64,000 nucleotides of DNA from Octopus sinensis (Eukaryota): assembly GCF_006345805.1 (NCBI RefSeq), contig NC_043017.1, positions 30,008,001 to 30,072,000 of the forward strand. Reading direction: 5' to 3'. A model generated the notes under the pieces. That model saw nothing but the letters and a program-made list of their open reading frames with translations. It was not told the origin of the DNA and made no database searches. Below, one piece after another: positions 13,030 to 27,912 of this stretch (position 1 is its first letter; each line of letters starts with the position of its first letter). Both the position numbers and the translations under genes were made by a program.

Positions 13030-13225
13030 GATTTGGTCATTATTACTAGCAATATGGTTAGAGGCATTTAGTCCCCCTTTACACTCTAAGTTCACATTCC
13101 GACGAGGTCGACTTTGCCAGTGATAATTTCGAGATCGATAAAATATTTTCCAGTCAAGTACTGGAGTCGATGAAATTGACTACTACGACTTCCAAAATTA
13201 CACGCTCTGTACCTGGTAGAAAGGA
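13030..13225 (+). mobile_element. Degenerate SINE-B
   Basis: agttcacattccgacgaggtcgactttgcc...ccagtcaagtactggagtcgat. Confidence 0.65.
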
Positions 13226-13319
13226 AATTACTAGCAGATCGAACGACTGTTTATTTATCTCTTTGAGGGAAGTTTGTTAATCTCTTCTGTAATTATTGCA
13301 AATAAGATTTATATATACA

Positions 13320-13370
<51 letters not shown>

Positions 13371-13569
13371 CAGGAAAAGAGATGATGCTGGAAAAACAAT
13401 GACTATGTTAAGAATTTCATTAGCTTATAGTAACAGACCCATAGATGAGTGCCTCGGTAACATCATATATCTTCATCAGAACCTCGAATATTGAGTGCAA
13501 TTTATTTGGTATTTTATTTGTGCAATTTACAAGGTAGACATTCTCGTCTAAGCGATATATATATATATG

Positions 13570-13830
13570 TGTGTATAAAAAATATATAAAATACAAAATG
13601 TGACAAGAACGCAAAACATTCAAATAGACGACACAAAAAACGGACGGGTCATTCGAAGCCTCTAATCTTCAGTCAAGAACCGGATCATCCTCGCAATTTC
13701 GGCTGATTAATCTTGAGATCGCTCCGATCCGGCCAGCCCCAAGGTAAAACTAAGCTACGAGCATTAGATTTCTTGGAAAAAGGATCGAATGTATACGAAA
13801 CAAGGACAGAAAAACGGACGATGCCACACG
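13570..13830 (+). mobile_element. Family F interspersed repeat, class uncertain, possibly a Penelope-like terminal repeat
   Basis: Clearly homologous to the reverse complement of 63290-63480 and 63822-64000 (gcaatttcggctg...ggccagccccaagg). Confidence 0.7.
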
Positions 13831-14990
13831 TTCTTTATTTTCCTAGGGGAGGGTAATATTAAACGAATGTATATATATGTACACGTAGAGAGAGAGGGGG
13901 AGAGAGGGGGAGAGAGAGTGAGGGTGAGAGAAGGGAAAAAAGAGCAGTGTAGAAATGCTGATAGTTTGGTATTTGAAATCGTAGGGATCAACGACGCCAT
14001 CAACCTGCTCCTAACAGTCTACTACACACATTCTTTCCAAAGCCGTACCTAAACATCGGTTTAGGTGCTTTGTTTATGCTAAGCCGAAGCGTCTACTCAA
14101 TGTAAGTGCTATACATAATGTGTATTTTAAATACTGCTTTAAACAAAGTCTGTGCGACTTGCAGACTCGCAGACTATTTCTACCATTCTGTTCTAAACAT
14201 TTTTTGTGTGTGTGTGTGTTTCATCTTTGTTTTTCATTGTATGTTCTGTTTGTAACATTATATTTGCAATGCTCTGTTTTGCCTATTTTCTTTATATTTG
14301 TATATGTTCTTTTTTTATTTAAAAAAAATGTAAGATTTCCTTTTTTTTTAGATATATTTTGTCGATTTTCGTATCCAGGACAAAATTTCAAAAGTGTATT
14401 GATGAATAAGAAAATAGAGAGACAAATTTTGCTAAAAAATCAACCAACCTACTTCAATCGAAAAGAAGTTAGATAGTAAAAGTAAAACATTCAAATAATA
14501 ATAGTAATAATATAATAATAATAAAAGCATGTATTTTTGTTATATAAAAAGCAGATGTTAAAAACTGGGGAAATAAATGGAAGAGTGAATGCGGAAGTAG
14601 GAGGGGGAGTCTTCTTAAATATATCAGTTGTCTAAGAAGGGACAGGTGCTTGTGCTTTGGAACTAAATATAGATTTTAGCTTGGATGTTTACAGAAAACG
14701 TGTGTGATGTTACTCAAGTTTCTGATTGAAGTGAGAAGAGTAAATAAGGGTGTTGTTGTCAGAAAACACCCGTTTGCTTATACTTTGATAGGTTTCCTTC
14801 AATCACACTGAAAAACAAAAGTTTTTAAAACATATTTCTCACTTTGCTGTAGTGTAATTCTTATACACTTACTATTACTACTACTAGTAGTAGTAGTAGT
14901 AATATTATTATTATCATTATTATTAGTAATAGTAGTAGTACTAGTAGTAGTAGTAGTAGTAGTAGTAGTAATAATAATAATGATAATTAT

Positions 14991-15498
14991 CACTGTTTTG
15001 TCTTGGTGTAAAAGATGGTCTACAACAAATATTCTGCTCAATACCACATATTTGCTTGTCAGTTGTTTGACCTTAGCCAGCTTATACCATGTCCCTTAAT
15101 GGCTGACGATATGTGCCTCTCTGATCATGAGCAGAAGTAGTTGGGGGAGCATCATAGCCGTGTGTTGAGAGGAATTCTTGGAGGTTTGAATAGTTCATAT
15201 TTGGAAACATGGGCGTTTCGTTCAACATCCTTAAACAATCCTTATTCAGGGACCTTTTGAGCGGGATGGGTTACTCGACCAGAAGAAAATTCTAACTGGG
15301 CCCCTCCTGCAAGGTCATGTGCTGTTTATCTTGATATGAGATTACCATATCGCGCACATATGGTTGTGATGTATGTGCCTAGTGTACCCTTATCAGACGG
15401 GTAGTCATGACGGGTATAGTGGGCTTCGTATATTTTACCCCAGTGTCACTTTGATAGCATACACTGCTCTCTCACTCAATAATAATAATAATAATAAT
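14991..15498 (+). mobile_element. Family D repeat, longest copy, between (AAT)/(TAG) repeats
   Basis: Homologous to 4718-5118 and 59360-59473; ataataataatgataat lies upstream and (AAT)n downstream. Confidence 0.88.
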
Positions 15499-15644
15499 AT
15501 GACGACCACGGTGATAACGACCATTACTATTACTAGTAGTAGTGGTGGTGGTGGTGGTAGTAGTAGTTGTAGCAGCAGCAGCAGCAGAAGCTATGATTTG
15601 TGTCGGTAAGAATGAACGCATTTTGAAAATCCTGTCGAATTCTC

Positions 15645-15850
15645 AGATGGCGAGTTTGTAGAACCATTAGCATAAAATCCGAACGAAAAGCTTAGCAACA
15701 TTTCGTCTCTCTTTAGGTTCTGAGTTCAAGTCCCGCCGAGGCTGTTAAAATCAATACCAGTCAATTGCTGGCGTCGATGTAATCGCCTAGACCCCACCCC
15801 ACTCCACCCTTCCCCTGAGATCGGGCCGTGTGCTATGGTAGAATAAATTA
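15645..15850 (+). mobile_element. Degenerate SINE-B
   Basis: gatggcgagtttgtagaacc head, gttctgagttcaagtcccgccgagg and gtcgatgtaatcg core. Confidence 0.7.
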
Positions 15851-18557
15851 TCATGGTGATGGTCATGGCAGATGTGAATGTGATGACGATAATGACGATG
15901 ATAAAGAAGATGACCGCAACTGATGGTTTAAAATATTGGCGATGTTTAGGCACGGGGGATATTCTATAATGAATACACTCATTATGCGACACGTTCGAAC
16001 TATTATCATCCTATCAATTTTTGCTTATGATTGTTACATTTGTTCTTCCTCATGTAATACCGTAAAAGTATGACTTGTTGGAGATTTCGCTCTTATTTTT
16101 AGCCATCTGAGCGTGTTGTGAATAATGCAATCAAGATCTGAGGCCAGAGGAAGCAATGACTACACTATGGCTTCGCTTCTCCTACAGCATTAATCTCTTA
16201 TCAGAAGTACATTATCTACGATGAAGAAACAACTCTGATGTGATCAACCCTGCTAGAAATAGCAGAAATATTACTTTCACTTAACACCTTTCTGTTTTAA
16301 TAACAGGCCATTTGACCAAATCTGTACTAGTTAGAGAGAAAACCTAGTACGAACATGTTGGTCACGGTTAGATTATCTTTGATCATAGATTTGCCGTATC
16401 ATTGCTAAAAGTAGAAAATTGTATAAATAGATAAATATAAAACAATTTCCTAAGATTACAAATAATACGACTACTAATCGGTGGATCAATGATATAAATA
16501 CAACAAAATGATATATTTTCTATCCTCTCACCTCCACCCAGATATACGACCATTCTGATGATAAACTTTATGCAATGTGAATGATAATAGTTTAGAGAAA
16601 AGGCATAAATATGGCTCTAAGTCAATTGTAAATTCTACTAAAATATGTATTGCCTTTGAGCCTAGACGCAAAGAAAGCACAATTTTTGTTTGTATGATGT
16701 ATCTTATATGATCTGTTTATAATATAATATTTTATGATCTTAGACCTGTACTTTAATATGCCTATTAGGTAATTCTCTACAGTGAAAATTCATATATACA
16801 CATATCTCATACATGAAACTAGGAATGCATTTGATATGTTTATGCTTGCTTTGCGTGCTCAATTGCAATCATATGCCGAAGGTTTCTTGTATTACATATA
16901 TTATTCACGCGCATGAATTTGACGTTTATCGAGTCAAAATCGCTTCCTGATAGGCGACAACCAAAGAATAGAACTCTGTATACTCGCTATTACCCTCCAC
17001 CACAAATACGAAGCCATAATAAGAGACAGTTACACACACCTACGACTTAATGTCGAAGAAAGGAAGATAAAAGAAACGGTGAAACGAAAGAGATAGAGAA
17101 ACTGAGATGGAGAAGGATGAGAGGTCATCAAATTAAGAACTTTCCAGACAGCTGTGCTATTGATATCAATCTCTTTTAAGTTATATTATATAAAACTTTG
17201 ATGGATAGCAGGGTACGCCTTCCGAAATTCAATGGCAACGATACTGTGTGTGTACGTTGAGAATCTGCATAGCACATCACTCACATACTGTGATTAATTT
17301 GGAAGAGTATTTATTTTTAAGAGAACGTAACGTACTGAATAACAATAAAAGAGATCAACAATTCTTATATTATCATTGGTGTTATAATCCATCCATAGTT
17401 GATATAAAGGGCTTACAATAAAGGCGTCTCTAATTGGTTGCTAGAATTGTTACAAAGATAAACGACCAATCGTTCGACTAACACTTTACTGTTTCAAAAA
17501 CGGGAGGTTCCATTCGGTCCAGTACTGGATAATTAAGTCAGGAACAGCTTGCTAATAAATGCGTACATATGATTTCACACGAGAACAACCCACGCCAATA
17601 AAATGGCGATCATTTTAGCCTGACACATTGAAATAGTAACTCATTAATTATTCTACTATTGGCGTGTCACTAACATGTATATATGCATGATAAGTTTCAT
17701 GTAATGCTTATGGATAAGTATCTGATATTATCGTATTGCAAGGAGAATATTCTAATGATCAGCACGAGTATCCTAAAAAAAACAATGTAACACTAATGAC
17801 ACACGTCACATGGGTTAACATACACTGAAGTAATGCACCAGGTACTGCGAGGTAGAATAATTAACCGAGATAAACAAGAGCAGTGGATGATTAATGGAGG
17901 TGTGTTGGTTCCTAATAGAGAGATCAATTCTCTCTGTGGGGAAAACTGTACCTGTGATAGATTAGAAAACAGTTGTCCGTGATATGGTAACATTGCAGTA
18001 AACAAGAAAGACTAGCGATAACGTTTCTGTGATATCCTAGCATCTAGGAAACTAATGGAGGTCTGCTCGAGTGACGAAGACTAACACAAAAAATGACGAT
18101 GCAAATGATATTAAATTACCGACGGTTTGTTGATTAACTTGTAGAGCAGCGCTGAATTCTAGTAGCGGTCAGTTACGTGGAATAAGGGGGAGATAAGCAA
18201 AGTTTCGAAAATCACATTACAATTTGAACACACCGAAATGTCTATCAAAACAAATTCCTCGTCTTGAAAGAGAGGAGAGGCTGGGTATTGTACTCTGTGA
18301 TATATGAAGAGATGTAAAGGTCACGGTTGGAACGGTTTCAATTAGAGTTAAGTTCTATTTGTATTTACTGCTGCACCTCCCAGACGGGGCCCCGAAGCGA
18401 GCAACAACATAATCATGTACCATTGCCCAAACTTTCGTTGGCCCACTATCAGTTTTAATGTATATGTGTGTAGATACAGGTGAGGAATCTTTTGTGTGTG
18501 TGCCCGCTTATATCAGAGTGTATGTGTATAGTCATATATGTATAGACATATACACAT

Positions 18558-18590
<33 letters not shown>

Positions 18591-19059
18591 TGTGTATCGT
18601 TGTATGTGTGGCTCTAAGGAGGGTTTCCACTTTCATCTACGTCCAAAATAGAATAAAATAAAATAAAATACGGTGGACGATTGTCCATGGGAGAGACACA
18701 GAGAAAGATAATTCCGAAAGATAGCTAATCATCAATATATCTACGAATCGATAATTCAATCATTCAATTAAGTAATCAATAGCACAAAAGTACTATAGCT
18801 GCTATAAGCTTTCATCTTGTTCACAACAAAATACGCTTATCATCGAATTATTTAAGAATCAAATAACTATGACCATTGAAATAGATATGGAAGTAAAAGA
18901 GGACTCGAAGAGTTCTGAATTTCTACCAATACCGACTCGATTGTCCTGCCACTGAAAGAAGCAGACAAAACTAACTCCACACACACCAACTACTGACTAT
19001 TTATAAATGCATCGATTTCGTTTGAATTTCAGTACGATGTACATGTGAGTGTGTGCATG

Positions 19060-19181
19060 TGTGCCTGCGCGTGAGTCTGCGTGTGCGTGTGTGTGTGCCT
19101 GTGTTTGTGTATGTGTGTGTGTGTGTCTGTGTTTGTGTATATGTGTGTGTGTCTGTCTGTCTATCTCACTCTCTCTCTCTT

Positions 19182-19215
<34 letters not shown>

Positions 19216-19916
19216 ATATCTATATATGTATATATACGAACGGACAATAAGACATTGAGAGACAAGTACACTTCAATACAGGTATACATACACATAAACA
19301 TATCAATTGGTTCTCGTTACGTTTATATATATATATATACACACACATATATATATACGTACATATATATATATATACATACATACATATATACATACAT
19401 ATATACATACATATATACATACATACATACATACATATATACACATACATATATACACATACATATATACATACATACATATATATATATATACATTCAT
19501 ACATATATATATATACATTCATACATATATATTATATATACATTCATACATATATATATATATACATTCATACATATATATATATATACATTCATACATA
19601 TTATATATACATTCATACATATATATATATATACATTCATACATATATATATATATACATTCATACATATATATATATATATACATTCATACATATATAC
19701 ATACATATATACATACATATATACATACATATATACATACATATATACATACATATATATACATACATACATACATATAAATACATACATACATATATAC
19801 ATACATATATACATATATACATACATATATATATACATACATATATATATACATACATACATATATATATACATACATACATATAAATACATACATACAT
19901 ATATACATACATATAC

Positions 19917-19949
<33 letters not shown>

Positions 19950-19966
19950 CATATATATATACATAC

Positions 19967-20023
<57 letters not shown>

Positions 20024-20058
20024 CATACATATACATACATACATATACATACATATAC

Positions 20059-20115
<57 letters not shown>

Positions 20116-20356
20116 CATATATACATACATATATATATATACATACATATACATACATACACATATATACATACATATATATATATACATACATAATATA
20201 TACATACATATATATATACATACTATATATATATACATACATATAAATATATACATACATATAAATATATACATACATATTATACATACATACATATTAC
20301 ATACATATATATATACATACATATACATACATACATACATATATATAACATACATA

Positions 20357-20395
<39 letters not shown>

Positions 20396-20451
20396 CCATA
20401 CATATATATATATACATACATATATATATTATACATACATATAATACATAC

Positions 20452-20484
<33 letters not shown>

Positions 20485-20540
20485 AATATATATATATATG
20501 TACACACACGCACACACACATATATGTATATATATATACA
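19060..20540. repeat. About 1.5-kb compound microsatellite of (TG)n, (CT)n, (TA)n and (TACA)n with catattcata-type subunits
   Basis: Directly visible; it produces the long Y/I/H/T pseudo-ORFs. Confidence 0.97.
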
Positions 20541-20916
20541 GAGAAAGTGAGAGAGTGAAGGGGTGAGAGAAAGAGAGGGAAGGAAACAAATAGCTAAGCA
20601 TTTATGTGTGTGTGTGTGTGTGTGTGTGTGTCTGTATAGTAAATCCTTTTGGCGACGATAATTGAATAAGCTTTGTTGGAAAAGAGCAACTGTTTGTTCT
20701 CACGTGCATCAACACCACTAATACAAAGCAGAGTTAGACTGCGAGGTAGATTCGAGCGGAACTGCAAAGAATCTTCTAGAAAGCTTGAGGTCGCTACCTG
20801 CTCGATTCAGTTCCCACACCAATCATTAATTCTCTATTTGTATGCCATTCAACCCTCTCCCCACTCTCTCTCTCTCTCAAGCACGATATGTATGTATGTA
20901 TCTATACCTGAACGTC

Positions 20917-20953
<37 letters not shown>

Positions 20954-20970
20954 ATATAAAATATATATAT

Positions 20971-21006
<36 letters not shown>

Positions 21007-21191
21007 GTGTCTGTGTGTCTATGTATGCATGTAAGCCTGCACATCTTGTCTAGCCAAAGGCAAAACTGTGGGTAGCAATGGACTCACCGGATCAAAATAT
21101 AGTATTTCTTCTCTCCAATATTGTATAGAGATCAAATTTTAAAATATCCCTACCCATACACGCATTATATATATACATATATATACATATA

Positions 21192-21265
21192 AATGGCGGT
21201 GCCCCAGCATGGCCACAGTCGGTGAGCTGAAACTAGATAAAATTTTTAAAAATAAATAAAAAATA
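21192..21265 (+). mobile_element. Isolated 3' tip of the CR1/L2-group LINE seen at 26892-27425
   Basis: aaatggcggtgccccagcatggccacag...gagctgaaacta plus an A-rich tail, almost identical to that LINE's 3' end. Confidence 0.8.
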
Positions 21266-21269
21266 CCAT

Positions 21270-22330
<1,061 letters not shown>

Positions 22331-23109
22331 TGCATATGTCTGTATATGTATGTTCGTATATTCCCTTGTATGACTGCTTTCACTGAAGTAACATTCAAGA
22401 TAAGCTAACTGGCAAGATATGCTCTGAAAATTAGCCTCGTTTGCCTGCATATATATATATATATATATACCTACATACATACATACATACGCACACGTAT
22501 ATAGAAGCGTGTGTTTGTGAGAGAAAGACAGAGTGGAGTGTTGATAGTCAGATTGCTAAATCTAAAATTATTTCGACAGCTGTTGCACAGTAAAAATTGC
22601 AAACATTGTGTCAAACATATTGATTTCCCATGATGTTTCCTAAACATATGTATGTATAGCAACAAAAACGGACTAACATGTTTGTATTATACATGCTTCA
22701 TAACTTAAATATAGTCACCTCACTATTTGCTTTCCTCTTTTATGCATAATAATCGCAATTTGATGAGTTGATAATTTGTGTGAATATGTATTTTTCCTCA
22801 TGTCCATGTATGGTTTTGCTATGTAGAATTAATAAAAAAAAAATATACATGATTGTTTGTCAACTGTGTTCAGGACAAAAGTATTTGGCTTCATATCTCC
22901 TGGCAAGGAATCTAATATAAAATCATTAAAAACAATCGTTTTTCTTCGAGAAACAAAAAGGACGATAGAGTTTTTCATTGCCTGGTTTAGTCATCTGTTA
23001 AGTAGGTTCTCGGTTAATCGAACAATTGTTATTTACAAACCTATTCAGGGTGACTGATTTGCATATCGGGCGTTAGGCCAAACGGGCCTGGTACAATATG
23101 GCGCCATGC

Positions 23110-23428
23110 TTGGCTGTGCATTGCCAAGTTTGCTTCCCAACCACGCTGTTATGTGTTCAGTCCTACTGTGTGGCTCCTTGGTGAGTGGCTTTACTATAAT
23201 ATCTTCGGGCCGACTAAAACCGTGTGAGTGGATTTAGTAGACTCGTAAAGAGAAAATGAAAGAAATCCGACGTATATAATTGTGTGTGTGTGTGTGTATG
23301 TGTGAAATTGGGTTTGTGAGCCAACACCGTTGGCAAACGGTGTTTCTTTGTTTGCTTCCTCATAATTTAGCGAAGTTGCAAAAAAGGACCAATAGAATAA
23401 GCACCAGGCTTAATATATAAATGAGTAT
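23110..23428 (+). mobile_element. Old degenerate SINE-A
   Basis: cttcccaaccac...gtgttcagtcctactg...cgggccgactaaaaccgtgtgagtggattt. Confidence 0.7.
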
Positions 23429-24165
23429 CAAAGATGTACAGGTGACAATTCATTACGGCCGTTTCAAGCGACTTCCTTAATTGATTAAGGAAAACATTGC
23501 GTCTTGTTGCTTAACCTCGTGTCATGCCACGTGGAGTAGATCTACGATCAACATCATACCAACCTTGCTGTTCCGATCTATAGTATTTCCAGGGAAGCAA
23601 TTATCACACCATCAAACGTCGCCTTTTATAATTACAAACGTTTGTGTGATATGAGGGACGTTTAGCTGCCATTTCTCAGAGGTGAAATGAGCAGCTGAAC
23701 GTTCCTATGTTCTTGTGCGTAGCAGTGTCGCGTGTACTTGTGTAAGAGTATACCATTTCTTGTGTGCGTCAGCGTGTGGAAAATCGATTTGACACCGATA
23801 TAGTACATAAATGGTTTGAAACAGTATGGTTTACTTTGTCACAAATTGCTCGAACAGTTACAATAAAACCTCTAACTGGAAACAAAAACCACACATCTGT
23901 TTAATACACCAGTTTTTCTTTTCACTTTTATATTTTATCAGTCTGACGACGCCTATCAAATGATATCTTTCCAAAACACACATAGAATAATACAGGGGAT
24001 GTACTGTCATATATAGGTGTGTGCACGTGTGAGTGTGTATGTAAACATACTTATATAATATATATACGTATATACACATATATGTATATATACATAGATA
24101 TACAAATAAGCACAAGTGTTAAATTTTAAACTTTCATAGTGTTTATGAGAGTTTCTCTAATGCTT

Positions 24166-24244
<79 letters not shown>

Positions 24245-24592
24245 CATATGTGTATTCGTACGTATGCATTCGTACGTATGCATTAGACAGACTCTCAGAT
24301 AAACAACATGGAAATTTAATATTCAATTGGGTCATATCTTCACAAGTACTTGGTTAAAAATCGTCACACCTACTATGACCCGATCTCAACAACTCGACGC
24401 GAAATACGAGTATTAATAACAAGCATCGAGCGGAAAGTGATGCATAATTTTGAGAGAGAATCTTGCAAAATATAAATCGTTGTTGGTGTAATTTGTATTT
24501 TAGTTCGCGTATCGATTTTTATAAACAATATTCCCGTCGTGGTTTGTGTATTTGTCATTGAGTACTGAAATTGTGTAATGAGAGGGCGATGC

Positions 24593-25170
24593 TAAGTTAA
24601 GTTAAGTTAATTTGTTGGCTCAAAAAGCAAAAGCAAGGCCATGTAGGGGTACATGCAGTTACGTACTGAGAGGGTGTTCATGCAAAGAGTTCAGGCCATT
24701 TCTGGTCAAGAGAGACTTTGAACCGAGCGGTCGTCGGCATCTTCACTATCTCGTCCGGCAGCTTATTCCACGGATCCGCAACCCGGACGGAGAAAGCACC
24801 TCTCCTTCGATTGAGATGAAATCGTCGCAGATAGAGCTTTTCGGAGTGACCCCGCAGTCGACGCTCTGGAGCAGGAGTGAAGAACAGCTCTTTCGAGAGG
24901 TTACACTTTCCGCTTATGATGTTTTGAGCGAGAATGAGATCAGCACGGCGTCGTCGTTTTTCTAGAGAATAAAGGTCGAGCATCTTCAGCCTCTCTTCAT
25001 GAGACAAATGCTTGAGATCAAGAAGCATGCGGGTAGCCAGCTTTTGGACTCTTTCGAGATGATGTATGTCTTTGAGGAGATAAGGAGACGGGGCTTGAAT
25101 CCCGTACTCCAATATGGGTCTCACCAGCGTGACATAGAGCGGTAGGAATATGGCTGCTGTGAGCATAATG
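24593..25170 (-). mobile_element. CR1-clade LINE, 5'-truncated: ORF2 C-terminus, 3' UTR and (TTAAC)n tail
   Basis: ORF 24678-25166 reads LYVTLVRPILEY...LERVQKLATRM...EERLKMLDLYSLEKRRRRADLI...RGH...FSVRVADPWNKLP...FKVSLD, the canonical CR1 post-RT motifs; taagttaagttaagttaa marks the 3' end. Confidence 0.93.
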
Positions 25171-26007
25171 AGTGTTGAATGAATCTTTCACGAAGTCTAA
25201 TGCATTTTGTTGTGCTTCTTGGTTTTATTATCGTCGTTATTGTCATCGTGAGAAGAGAGCTTGTACGAAGCTCTGACGGGTGACCTGGTTTCGAATCCCG
25301 GTTGATGTCAGCTTTTCACACCGAATTACGTTATTAATGCTCTTAAGTAAGAAAGGAAAACCACGCTGTTACGTTTCCGATCTGAAGCTTTGTTCACGTG
25401 TAGGTAATCGATATTATTAGTTTTATTATTAAATAGACATCATCACCATCATCATAATTGATATTAGTATTATGCAATAACAACATGAATGATAGTAACA
25501 GTTTTATTAGTAGTAACAGCAGCAGTAATAAATGCATATTAATTGAACAAACTCACAAGCAGTACTTCGAATATGTGTTTGTGTGCATCTAACAACAAAC
25601 GATAGTGTGGATGTACTACTCGTATTATCTTTTGCCGTTTATGATTCTCTGATATGGCAATTCTAGAAGTTAGATCAAAGAAAGCGAGCTATTATGAACA
25701 AAAGAACTAAAAATTCGAACACAATATAAAGCCATAATGTGTTTTAATTTTTTTAATCTCCTTAATGACGTATGAGCTTAATTATATTTTTCAGAAAATA
25801 GAAAAAAATTGACTGATATCACGATAAAACATTAGAAAACTATCTTCAATCTATAACTGGGAAATTACTTTTGCTATTTTATTTGCTTTCATATTTTAGT
25901 GGATTTATTCACTTAGTATTAGTTTTAGTGGATTTATTATAATACAGAGGATGGTGGATAGGAAATATCTTTAGAATGATGTAATATTTCAAAAGATTTT
26001 TAGCTTG

Positions 26008-26165
26008 GGAGACAAAATGCTTAAGCGGCATTTCGTCTGTCTTTACAAACTGAGGTCAAATGTCACCGAGATTAACGGTAACTTCCATCATTTCGGAGGC
26101 GACAATATATGTAATTGATTTATCCCATCCCTCACCAATTTATAGTCACTTGACAAAATAAGAAA
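26008..26165 (+). mobile_element. Degenerate SINE-B
   Basis: aaatgcttaagcggcatttcgtctgtctttac...ccatcatttcgg. Confidence 0.55.
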
Positions 26166-26249
26166 CGAATATTTTTTTAAATAATTGTTGTGTAATCCGG
26201 TTATTTACGTTTCGATTTCAGATCTCAGCAACTCGAACTTTGATTCTCA

Positions 26250-26414
26250 TAGGCGCAGGAGTGGCTGTGTGGTAAGTAGCTTGCTAACCAACCACATGGT
26301 TTCGGGTTCAGTCCCACTGCGTGGCATCTTGGGCAAGTGTCTTCTGCTATAGCTCCGGGCCGACCAATGCCTTGTGAGTGGATTTGGTAGACGGAAACTG
26401 AAAGAAGCCTGTCG

Positions 26415-26450
<36 letters not shown>

Positions 26451-26464
26451 ATGTGTGTGTTGTG

Positions 26465-26495
<31 letters not shown>

Positions 26496-26670
26496 TGTGT
26501 GTGTTTGTCCCCCTAGCATTGCTTGACCCCGTCACTTAGCGGTTCAGCAAAAGAGACCGATAGAATAAGTACTGGGCTTACAAAGAATAAGTCTCGGGGT
26601 CGATTTGCTCGACTAAAGGCGGTGCTCCAGCATTGCCGCATTCAAATGACGAAACAAGTAAAAGAGAGTA
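26250..26670 (+). mobile_element. SINE-A, full length with a small internal deletion
   Basis: Runs from aggcgcaggagtggctgtgtgg to gaaacaagtaaaagagag. Confidence 0.95.
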
Positions 26671-26891
26671 TCCAAGACAGATAAAATAGAATAATTGCTA
26701 AACACTCCAATATGCATATTTCGTTTTGAGCCATCAAATCATTTCTCATAATTTGACAGCTTTTAAAAATTCTTCTTGCCCTGTCTTTTGATGTGGAGAC
26801 TTCATGGCAAATTAAAATATACGTACTAATTATGTGTGCGTGTTTCTATTTCGTTGGATCTGTATGTCGTTCGATTCGAGTGACAAGAGAT

Positions 26892-27425
26892 GTTATTTTA
26901 TTTTTAATTTTTATTTAGTTTCAGCTCACAAGCTGTGGCCATGCTGGGGCACCGCCATTTGGTGTTGCTACATGATTTTACTTCACGAATGCTTTTTAGC
27001 AAATGTCATCCGGTGCATGAGAGAGTTCGATGCAGCTGCCCTCATCTGCACCTCCTGCCGTGAAGTTGGTTCATCTGGGACACCTGACAAGAAGAGATCC
27101 AGTTTTATTTTAAAGACATCTGCATCCACCCCATGCAGGTCTCTTAGGTTCTTCGGGAGGATATTGAAGAGCTGTGGGCCTCGGAAGCCCAGGCTATCAC
27201 AGTATCTTGTCCTACATCTTGATGGCAAATTTGGAGTTCTTGGCAATATGCAGTGGCGCCCAGTTCTGGCATTTGTTACATCACTATTTTCACTTTGTCT
27301 ATCACAATAGTAGGCTTCTTTGCGAAACATTCAGAAATGACTGGTACTTTTTTGACCGCAGGTTCTATGCCAGGGTCTCTCTCCTAGGAATCCTGCCTTC
27401 TCCATAATTTTGTAAAAATTAGCAG
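26892..27425 (-). mobile_element. CR1/L2-group (Jockey superfamily) LINE 3' end: ORF2 C-terminus and 3' UTR
   Basis: RTGRHC...SLGFRGPQLFNILPKNLRD...FKIKLDLFLSGVPDEP...RAAASNSL, then a short UTR with a stem-loop and A-rich tail. Clade assignment is from motif recall. Confidence 0.85.
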
Positions 27426-27547
27426 AAGCCTCTGCATACATGCGTACATACATAGTGACAGAGAGATAGATATATAGACGTATACAAATATCATAGGATT
27501 TTATATATGTATATATATATATGTATGTGTGTCTCTGTGTGTGTGTA

Positions 27548-27860
27548 TAGAGCGTCGAGCTTACGATCATAGGTTGTGAGTTCGAATCCCGGACCGGGCT
27601 GCGTGTTGTGTTCTTGAGAAAGACACTTTATTTCACGTTGCTCCAGTTCCCTCAGCTGTAGAAATGAGTTGCGACGTCACAAGGTCCAAGCTGTTTCAGC
27701 CTTTGCCTTTTCCTAGGAAACCATCGATACCATGGAGAGTGGAGGCCGGTATATATGGGCAACTTCTGGTCTTCCATAAACAATCTTGCCCGGACTTGTG
27801 CCTGGGTGGGTAACTTTCTAGGTACAATCCCATGGTCAATCATGACCGAAGGATCTCTCA

Positions 27861-27862
<2 letters not shown>
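27548..27862 (+). mobile_element. SINE-C lacking its A box
   Basis: gagcgtcgagcttacgatc...gagttcgaatcccggaccggg; homologous to 2017-2362. Confidence 0.88.

Positions 27863-27912
<50 letters not shown>

Noticed and set aside
13630-13665. CTGA(A/G)GA...CGAATGACCC in family F as a hammerhead
   Set aside because: It has GAAT instead of GAAA, no helix II pairing and no UH site in register.
14018-14101. Candidate 84-bp exon (ctaacag ... gtaagt; STTHILSKAVPKHRFRCFVYAKPKRLLN)
   Set aside because: The splice signals are plausible, but there is no homology I recognise and no consistent neighbouring exons; RNA-seq is needed.
17800-17985. About 60-codon open frame on the + strand (…QWMINGGVLVPNREINSLCGENCTC…)
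   Set aside because: No splice signals or known motif; the length is expected by chance.
19081-20601. Long ORFs of 200-371 aa rich in Y/I/H/T or M/Y/V/C, and similar ORFs at 2415-2963, 27652-28679, 38592-39465 and 51477-52095
   Set aside because: They are translations of stop-free microsatellites.
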